From the NCBI GenBank assembly GCA_965205975.1, contig OZ242195.1, positions 1,216,001 to 1,280,000 on the forward strand: a stretch of DNA of 64,000 bases, read 5' to 3'. Each line of letters starts with the position of its first letter. Positions within the stretch are counted from its first letter, which is position 1. The DNA is from Candidatus Latescibacterota bacterium (GTDB lineage Bacteria > Latescibacterota > UBA2968). Shown piece after piece: positions 57,317 to 64,000 of this stretch. The translations under genes and the position numbers were made by a program. The notes under the pieces were generated by a model, which saw only the letters and a list, made by a program, of their open reading frames with translations, was not told the DNA's origin and made no database searches.

Positions 57317-58295
57317 CTAATACCCCTCAGTAAAGTTCAGATTCCAGGCACCACCTGCTGAGATATAGAGCATGTATTCCTTACCTGGCTTGATTTCGGT
57401 CGGATGGTCTTCGATGTGAAACTGACCTTCTTCATAATGATACACAAGGCACTGGTGCATTCCATCAACACTGTAAGCAGAGGCGAAGAAGTCCCCACCA
57501 CCCCTGTGACGAATCGTGGTGAGCAAAGGCCGAGAACCGGACATCAAAATTGTTGTGTGCTCGGGCTTTGAACTGATCCCAGTGGGTCATATTTCCGTCA
57601 CCACGGGCGAGATTTTCGCGGGAGTTTTCCCAAAGGATGTTCCTTGATTCCTTTGCCAAGTGCGGCGCGTTGTGGAAGGATTGGATATGGCTAGCGTGTT
57701 TGTTTTGCAGGAACTCTCTCACAGTATCTTCACCATAGTTGCGAATGCGATAGGGAATGCTATCGTGGTAGAAGCCTTGGGCTTCAGCCAAGGTGCGGGC
57801 ACCGCGCTCGCCACCTAATCCAGCATTTATAAACTTTTTCTTTAAACTGTCACTGAGGCTGTCAAACGGGAGACTGTCAAGCGATCTGGATGGTACGCTA
57901 CGAATCAGAATGTCTATACCAGCAGCGGCGGTAGCAGTTCCGATAGTAGCGGCAGTCGATCTGTTGCTTGTAGTTTCAGCTACTGCTTCTGGCCATTCGT
58001 AATAGATATCAACGCAGGCATTTTCACCAGATCCGATGCGTCGTCCGCAACGAGCGCAAGGCAGACTGCGGGGTGTATTACCGGTATTTTTGCCAGCATC
58101 CAGATAACGAACATAGCAGGCGTGTTTGCCATGCCGCCAGCATTCGGGGCAGCCGATGCAGTAGTTTTTGAAGTCGCCGCGACTGACGCCAGCCGGGGTT
58201 TCCTCGGGTAGTTCCGACAGGCACAGTCGACCGGGTTGGATAGTGTGCCTGCATTCAGCGCAACTCAGGCCGGGTTCTGCAATCATTGGCCACAT
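57317..58295 (-). pseudogene. Disrupted gene(s): Cys-rich Zn-finger plus HNH-like region joined out of frame to a beta-rich C-terminal fragment
   Basis: CAEC, CIGCPEC, CARC; HASHIQS..NILWENSRENLARG; protein-like sequence continues in another frame from about 57541 (SGSRPLL..GAWNLNF). Confidence 0.55.
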
Positions 58296-58427
58296 TTCTA
58301 TACTCCATATAAAAAATAAAATACCTGAACAAAATGAGAAGTTGTCTCGAATTATACAACTTCAAAATTCAGGCAAGGGTATTTTCTATGGTATAAAGTG
58401 CGAGGGTAACTATGGCAAACTATATAT

Positions 58428-58458
58428 AAAAAACGCCATCAGCAAATGCTGATAGCGT
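58428..58458 (-). terminator. Intrinsic terminator of AAA ATPase gene
   Basis: AAAAAACGCCATCAGC-AAAT-GCTGATAGCGT. Confidence 0.7.
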
Positions 58459-58606
58459 CTTGGCTCACCCCCGATCTCATTTCTTCTACCCCGTAAAGCA
58501 GATTTAGCGCACAAACTTGATCTGGAGATAGTTCATATAGTATTTTTCCCGTTGTCATTACATTTGTTACAATATGATTGCCTATCCCTCTTTACCCTTC
58601 AAATTT

Positions 58607-60202
58607 CTACATTCCCCACACGGTAACTTTCGCATCTCCTATGCCCTCCTCGCGGCGGAATATCTTATCATCCCACGACTTGCCAGCGGTGCGGTCAAAG
58701 ACCACGAGATGGCCTTCCGTAGCGGCGCAGAGATCCATGTAAGCGCGGGTCTGTTCGAGGCTCTCGCGCACCGTCTGATCTAAGCTCTTGTAAAGCAATT
58801 TGCATTCGATCACCACCCGCTGAATCGCTTGAATAGGCCGAGTATCTCCAGGGGCTGGCCACAAAATCAGCAGGTCTGTACGCATGCGCCCCAACCCATA
58901 CTCTCGCTCGATCCGTCCGCCGCTGTTGACGATGCGCTGAAGGAACGCCTGAAGCAGCAACTGTGGACCGGCTTCTTTGTACTGAAACCGTTCGACCCAG
59001 TGTTCTGAGTGTTCGCGGAAGAATGACTGAAATGCGGTCAGTAGATCAGCGAGGCGCAGGCTACCATCCGCATCCACGTACCAGGCCGGGTCTTGAACGA
59101 GGTATTCTTGCGTGGTGTAGGTGAGATCGCGAGGGATGACTTCCTGATAGATCGGGTTGGCGATAGCGATGGGGCTTTGCCGACGCACGAGACCCAAATC
59201 GCGCACGTATTCCAGGTCGTCTTGGGGAATTGCTTCATCGGATCCAGCACCGCTCAACAGGGGTTCGATCACGCGGCGCACACGCTCTTCCTGGAGCTTA
59301 TCGGTGAGTTGATCAAGGTGGGTCTCGCGGCGCAAGATGAGTTGCTCGCGGGCGTCGCATATCGCGTTGGCTGTGACGGACTGGCTGCGATCCCGTCCGG
59401 CCTTGTTCCTGAAGCAGGCTTCATATGCCAGAGCATTCACGAGCCAGGGCTGTCCCTGTGTCAGTTCCCAAATTTTGCTTTGCGCGTTCTTGGCAAACAC
59501 CTGTCCGGTTTCCTCGGTGTGTTGCGCCAGTAGCTCTTGCACATCGTCCGCTGTGAAATCGCCCAGTCGTAGAGACTCAGCGCGGATGTTGAACGCGCTG
59601 CCGCCAGCGATACTCGCATTCTCCGAGGTGGATTGGATGCGGTAATCGCGCACATCGCGCACGCCGCACAGGACAACGCTCTGTGGAAACCTTTGTGGTC
59701 GTTGCGGGTACCCGGCACGGAGTTGCCGCAACACGGACAGGAGCGAGTCGCCGATCAGTGCGTCTATTTCGTCAATCAGCAGCACAAGCGGCCTATCATC
59801 AGCCGATGCCCAAAGCGTCAACACCTCCTGGAGTGCATCGTGTGGGCCGACCTCTTCGAGGGTATTGCGCCACACCTCTTTCACGGTGCGGTCACTCAGG
59901 ATGTATTCCGCCTCGCGAGCCATTTGGCTCAGTATGGGCCGCATGGCTGCCTCTACGTCTTCGCGGGCTGGTTGGGCGGTCTCGACATTTATATACAGGC
60001 AACGATACCGCCCGATCCCGTTCAGTTCGCCCATCAGTGCCAGCAACGCCGATGTCTTTCCCGTCTGCCGGGGTGCGTGCATAACGAAATACCGTTTCTC
60101 CTCAATTAGTCTCATGACCTCATCTAAGTCAATCCGTTCCAATGGGGGGATGTGGTAGTGATCCTTCGACCTGATGGGCCCGGCGGTGTTGAAAAAACGC
60201 AT
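58607..60202 (-). CDS. AAA-like ATPase with C-terminal PD-(D/E)xK-like domain
   Basis: MRFFNTAGP, APRQTGKTS, LLIDEID, GQPWLVN, EREYGLGRMRTDL..IECK. Confidence 0.85.
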   Translation of the reverse strand: MRFFNTAGPIRSKDHYHIPPLERIDLDEVMRLIEEKRYFVMHAPRQTGKTSALLALMGELNGIGRYRCLYINVETAQPAREDVEAAMRPILSQMAREAEYILSDRTVKEVWRNTLEEVGPHDALQEVLTLWASADDRPLVLLIDEIDALIGDSLLSVLRQLRAGYPQRPQRFPQSVVLCGVRDVRDYRIQSTSENASIAGGSAFNIRAESLRLGDFTADDVQELLAQHTEETGQVFAKNAQSKIWELTQGQPWLVNALAYEACFRNKAGRDRSQSVTANAICDAREQLILRRETHLDQLTDKLQEERVRRVIEPLLSGAGSDEAIPQDDLEYVRDLGLVRRQSPIAIANPIYQEVIPRDLTYTTQEYLVQDPAWYVDADGSLRLADLLTAFQSFFREHSEHWVERFQYKEAGPQLLLQAFLQRIVNSGGRIEREYGLGRMRTDLLILWPAPGDTRPIQAIQRVVIECKLLYKSLDQTVRESLEQTRAYMDLCAATEGHLVVFDRTAGKSWDDKIFRREEGIGDAKVTVWGM

Positions 60203-60265
60203 AGCTTAAACCTCATTAACCAGTGGCAGAGCGAACTACTGATCATCTAAAATGACCTTTTGTGC

Positions 60266-60294
60266 AATATAGCCCGAATCCAAAGGGGTGTCAA
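60266..60294 (-). promoter_or_regulatory. sigma70 promoter of AAA ATPase
   Basis: Minus strand TTGACA(60294-60289)-17 nt-TATATT(60271-60266). Confidence 0.65.
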
Positions 60295-60438
60295 TAAAGC
60301 GCGTTCAATTACAAGGAGATATACGACCAAAACCCTCGCCGCTTAAACTCCTTGACAGTCGAGAGTATATCTCAGAATTTTAATCTTCATGCGAGATTGC
60401 GGTTAAAGAAGACAATTTGTAGAGGAGGAATTAACAAT

Positions 60439-61557
60439 ATGGAAAAGGTGAGAGTTGGTATTATTGGCATTGGTGGAAGAGGGAGTGGTCACGCAAAGTA
60501 TTTTCCGGCAGGCGATATTCCGCATGGGGAGTTGGCGGCGGTCTGCGATATCGATCCGGATAGGATTCAGTGGGCGCGCGACAACCTCGGGGAAAACGTG
60601 CGGACATTTGACAATGGCGACGATCTGATTGCGTCGGGGGCTGTTGATGCGATTATTGTGGCGACGCCGCATTACGATCATCCGACTTATGCTATAAAGG
60701 GATTTGAGAACGATTTGCATGTATTGATCGAGAAACCCGCAGGTGTATATACCAGGCAAGTTTATGAGATGAATGATGCCGCTGAAAAAAGTGGCAAAGT
60801 GTTTGCTCTGATGTTCAATCAGCGAACCCGCCCACACCACCAAAAATTGCGAGAATTGGTGGCTTCTGGCGAATTGGGAGATATTCAGCGCACGAATTAT
60901 CTCGTCACAAGCTGGTTTCGCGCTCAAAGTTATTACGATAAGGGCGAATGGCGCGCGACCTGGTCGGGTGAGGGGGGCGGTGTGTTGATGAATCAGTGTC
61001 CTCATAATTTGGATCTGTGGCAGTGGATTTGCGGGATGCCCTCGCGCGTGCGCGCGTTTATTAGCTATGGCAAATATCACGATATTGAGGTGGATGACGA
61101 TGTCACTGCGTATGTGGAATACGACAGCGGTGCGACGGGGGTGTTCATTACTACAACCGGAGAGTTTCCCGGAAGCAATCGCCTAGAGATAGCGACGGAT
61201 CGCGGCAAGGTGGTTATGGAAAACAACAAAATTGTGTGGTGGCGTTCAAATGTTTCTCTGAGCGAATTTTCTCGGGGATATACGGGCGGCTTTGGCAAAC
61301 CCAGATCGGAAAAACTCGATATTCCTCTCGGCGACGATGGTGGGGCGCACCGCGGCATAATTAACAACTGGTGTGATGCCATATTGAATGGGAGTCCGCT
61401 TCTCGCGCCCGGAGTTGAGGGCATTCGTGGGGTTGAATTGGCGAATGCGATGCTTTTGTCTTCATGGCTGGACGATTGGGTAGATATTCCCGTTGATCGA
61501 GATCTGTATTTTGAAAAATTGCAGGAGAAAATTCAAAATTCGCAACAGGGGACTTAA
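60439..61557 (+). CDS. Gfo/Idh/MocA oxidoreductase
   Basis: GIIGIG, ATPHYDH, EKPAG, WRATW.GEGGGVLMNQCPHNLD. Confidence 0.92.
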   Translation: MEKVRVGIIGIGGRGSGHAKYFPAGDIPHGELAAVCDIDPDRIQWARDNLGENVRTFDNGDDLIASGAVDAIIVATPHYDHPTYAIKGFENDLHVLIEKPAGVYTRQVYEMNDAAEKSGKVFALMFNQRTRPHHQKLRELVASGELGDIQRTNYLVTSWFRAQSYYDKGEWRATWSGEGGGVLMNQCPHNLDLWQWICGMPSRVRAFISYGKYHDIEVDDDVTAYVEYDSGATGVFITTTGEFPGSNRLEIATDRGKVVMENNKIVWWRSNVSLSEFSRGYTGGFGKPRSEKLDIPLGDDGGAHRGIINNWCDAILNGSPLLAPGVEGIRGVELANAMLLSSWLDDWVDIPVDRDLYFEKLQEKIQNSQQGT

Positions 61558-61558
61558 A

Positions 61559-62710
61559 ATGGTACCGAGTATTGCGGCATTGGATGAGGCGGCTGAAAAT
61601 CCCGTTCTGGTCTTAGATGGGCTGGATGAACCGGTTGTGATCGAATCCATTCAGTTGCTCAAAGATGAGCGGGAGTATTACGTTCATGTGCGTTCGAAAG
61701 ATGGCGCGGAAGGCCTGGCGTTTACGAATGGACGGGCGCAATATGTGTATCCGATTCTCACGAAGTTGGTAATTCCCTATTTTATTGGCAAAGATGCTCG
61801 CGACCTCGAAGACCATCTGTGGGGTGTGTACCGCCACAGTAGCAATTACAAATTGCAGGGATTGGCTTTCTGGTGTTGTGTGGCTTGGGTCGAGATGGCG
61901 CTGTTGGATTTACTCGGTAGGATTGCGCAAAAATCCATTCCCGAACTCCTGGGCGGTGTCGTGCGCGAGTGGGTTCCATTTTACGTTGCGAGTGGGCGGC
62001 GAGATAGCACACCAGAAGAAGAAGTGGTTTATTTGCAGGGGCTGATCGACGAGACGGGCGCGCCGGCCGTGAAATTTAGAATTGGCGGACGCATGAGCAA
62101 AAATGCGGATGCCATGCCCGGTCGAACACCAAATTTGATCGCGTTGTCTCGCAAGGTGCTCGGGGATGAGATTGATATTCACGCGGATTCCAATAGTTCT
62201 TACGATCCGCCACAGGCGATTGAAGTGGGGCGCATGCTCGAGGATATTGGGGCTGTTTATTTTGAAGAGCCTTGTCCGTTTGATCACCTCGAAGATACAA
62301 AGGTCGTTGCCGATACGCTGGATATTCCCGTTTCTGGGGGCGAACAGGAGTTCAGCGACCGGCGGTTTCGATGGATGATTGCCAATCGCGGCGTGGATAT
62401 TGTACAACCCGACCTGCATTATTACGGGGGGCTTATTCGCTCGACGCGCGTTGCGCGAATGGCCGCTCTGGTCGGAATGCCGACAACTGTTCACATTTCT
62501 GGAGGCTTTGGTTTTATTTATATGCTCCACTTTGCCGCCTGTACGCCAGATATCGGGCGGTATCAGGAATACAAAAGGGGAATCGAGAAATACCGCGAGT
62601 GGTTTGATCCTGCACTCGAGATTCGAGATGGGAAAATGAGTGTTCCCAGGGGACCGGGGTGTGGGATTGTGGATATTCAAGGGATTATTGATGGTGCGGA
62701 TCGCTTATAG
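61559..62710 (+). CDS. Mandelate racemase/muconate lactonizing enzyme family protein
   Basis: ALLDLLG, KFR, ADSN, FEEP, GEQ, VQPD. Confidence 0.88.
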   Translation: MVPSIAALDEAAENPVLVLDGLDEPVVIESIQLLKDEREYYVHVRSKDGAEGLAFTNGRAQYVYPILTKLVIPYFIGKDARDLEDHLWGVYRHSSNYKLQGLAFWCCVAWVEMALLDLLGRIAQKSIPELLGGVVREWVPFYVASGRRDSTPEEEVVYLQGLIDETGAPAVKFRIGGRMSKNADAMPGRTPNLIALSRKVLGDEIDIHADSNSSYDPPQAIEVGRMLEDIGAVYFEEPCPFDHLEDTKVVADTLDIPVSGGEQEFSDRRFRWMIANRGVDIVQPDLHYYGGLIRSTRVARMAALVGMPTTVHISGGFGFIYMLHFAACTPDIGRYQEYKRGIEKYREWFDPALEIRDGKMSVPRGPGCGIVDIQGIIDGADRL

Positions 62711-62721
62711 GGCATACTAAC

Positions 62722-64000
62722 ATGGAAATGGCACAGCATGGAGGACCGCCGTTGCGCGATGTGGTGGCGGCGAGGCGCGCGCAAAAGGAGACGCGCCGAA
62801 ATAGCTGGTTGCTGGTGATCAATGGCGGTATGGTGATGATGGCCTATACGTTTATCAGCGCAGATCTGGTGATGCCGGCCTTTGTGCAAACGCTGACTAC
62901 GTCCAGTATTCTGGTCGGGATGGCCGGTGCGCTCATGAGAATGGGATGGGCCTGGCCGCAGGTTTTTATCTCTCGGATTATCGAACCCAAACCCCGCAAG
63001 ATGCCCTTGCTGATCTGGGCGGGCCTGGCCCGAAGTGTGATGTGGATTCTGGTGGGCGTAATGACCATTTTTTTAGGCGGGCAAAACCCCGCATTTTTTT
63101 TGTTTTTATTTATGGTGTTTTACGCTTTGGGGACATCGCTGATGGGTGTGATGAATGTGCCGTGGATGGATTTGATGGGCAAGGCGATTCCCGCGTCGCA
63201 TCGGGCAAAAGTTTTTGCTCTGCGCCGATTTTCAGGCGGTATTATGTCCATGGTCGCGGGCGTTCTGATTTCCTATATCCTGAGTACGCAGAGCGGTCTC
63301 TCGTTTCCGAATAATTACGCGGTGTTGTTTATGCTCTCGGGTTCGGGCACTGCGCTGGCTGTATTGACATTTGGCATGATCCGGGAACCTATTGAAAAAA
63401 GCACGCGCGCACAGCTTTCTCTGAAGAATTATTTGATCAGTGGCTTGAGTCTGATGAAAGATGATGTGAATTTCAGGCGTTTGTGCATGGTGCAATTTTT
63501 GTGGGGCTTTAGTATGATGGGCGGGCCGTTTTACGTGCCTTATGCGATTTCTGGGTTGGGTATTGGAGCCGTTTATATTGGGTTTTATGTGATTGCGATG
63601 CAGTTTAGCTCGGTTTTTTCAAATGTGGCGTGGGCATGGGTGGGGCGTTACAAGGGCAATCAGGCGTTGTTTTTATATGGGACCTGCTTGCTCGCGTTGT
63701 CTATTCTGATTCCGATATGTATCGTGTATGTGCCCAATCACCTCCTCAATTTCTGGGGCACAGAGGTGGATTTAAGAGTTGTTGTGTATGCGTTTACGTT
63801 CATTTTTTCAGGCGCAGCGCAAAGCGGCATGTATTCGGGACGCATGACGTATGTTCTCGACATCGCACCTGCTGACCGACGGCCTACCTATACCAGCTTT
63901 ATGAATATGTTTATGTTTCCACAGGGGTTATTGCCCATGCTGGCCGGGGTGCTGGTCGCGTGGATTTCCTATCAGAATTTGTTTCGCATTTCCCTGTTGT
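62722..64000 (+). CDS. MFS transporter (3' end outside window)
   Basis: Not in track; manual translation MEMAQHG..LVMPAFV..WPQVF..VPWMDLMGKAIP..RA..IAPADRRPTY, TM pattern running to window end. Confidence 0.8.
   Translation, partial: MEMAQHGGPPLRDVVAARRAQKETRRNSWLLVINGGMVMMAYTFISADLVMPAFVQTLTTSSILVGMAGALMRMGWAWPQVFISRIIEPKPRKMPLLIWAGLARSVMWILVGVMTIFLGGQNPAFFLFLFMVFYALGTSLMGVMNVPWMDLMGKAIPASHRAKVFALRRFSGGIMSMVAGVLISYILSTQSGLSFPNNYAVLFMLSGSGTALAVLTFGMIREPIEKSTRAQLSLKNYLISGLSLMKDDVNFRRLCMVQFLWGFSMMGGPFYVPYAISGLGIGAVYIGFYVIAMQFSSVFSNVAWAWVGRYKGNQALFLYGTCLLALSILIPICIVYVPNHLLNFWGTEVDLRVVVYAFTFIFSGAAQSGMYSGRMTYVLDIAPADRRPTYTSFMNMFMFPQGLLPMLAGVLVAWISYQNLFRISLL

Overview
64-kb chromosomal segment of a Gram-negative bacterium. 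Dockerin-like C-terminal tails, a DUF6785-type membrane protein, many Gfo/Idh/MocA and enolase-superfamily genes and FN3/Ig surface proteins suggest an FCB-related lineage such as Latescibacterota/Gemmatimonadota (inference only). Left to right: a partial uxaA-family dehydratase; a DtxR-feoA-feoB-Cys-rich peptide iron uptake operon; an AT-richer accessory block (orphan higA behind a higB remnant, a truncated paralogue fragment, a secreted protein, a 1478-aa FN3/Ig/Vps62-NPP1-like/dockerin protein); a troABCDR-type Mn/Zn/Fe ABC operon whose two permeases both carry DtxR-like tails; housekeeping genes (map, GT3-like glycosyltransferase, rsbW-like, hpf, hprK, aspartate kinase); two paralogous TonB-dependent receptors flanking a BCCT transporter; and a long sugar/sugar-acid catabolic region interrupted by an orphan adenine methyltransferase, a RelE-type TA pair, a broken Zn-finger/HNH-like gene and an AAA ATPase. 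No rRNA, tRNA, CRISPR array, integrase or transposase was seen. Best leads: a switch-like structured leader upstream of the DUF6785 gene, the TBDR-BCCT-TBDR unit, the four-DtxR-domain metal locus with two distinct operators, and several deletion scars. Family calls come from motif recognition by eye, not database searches.
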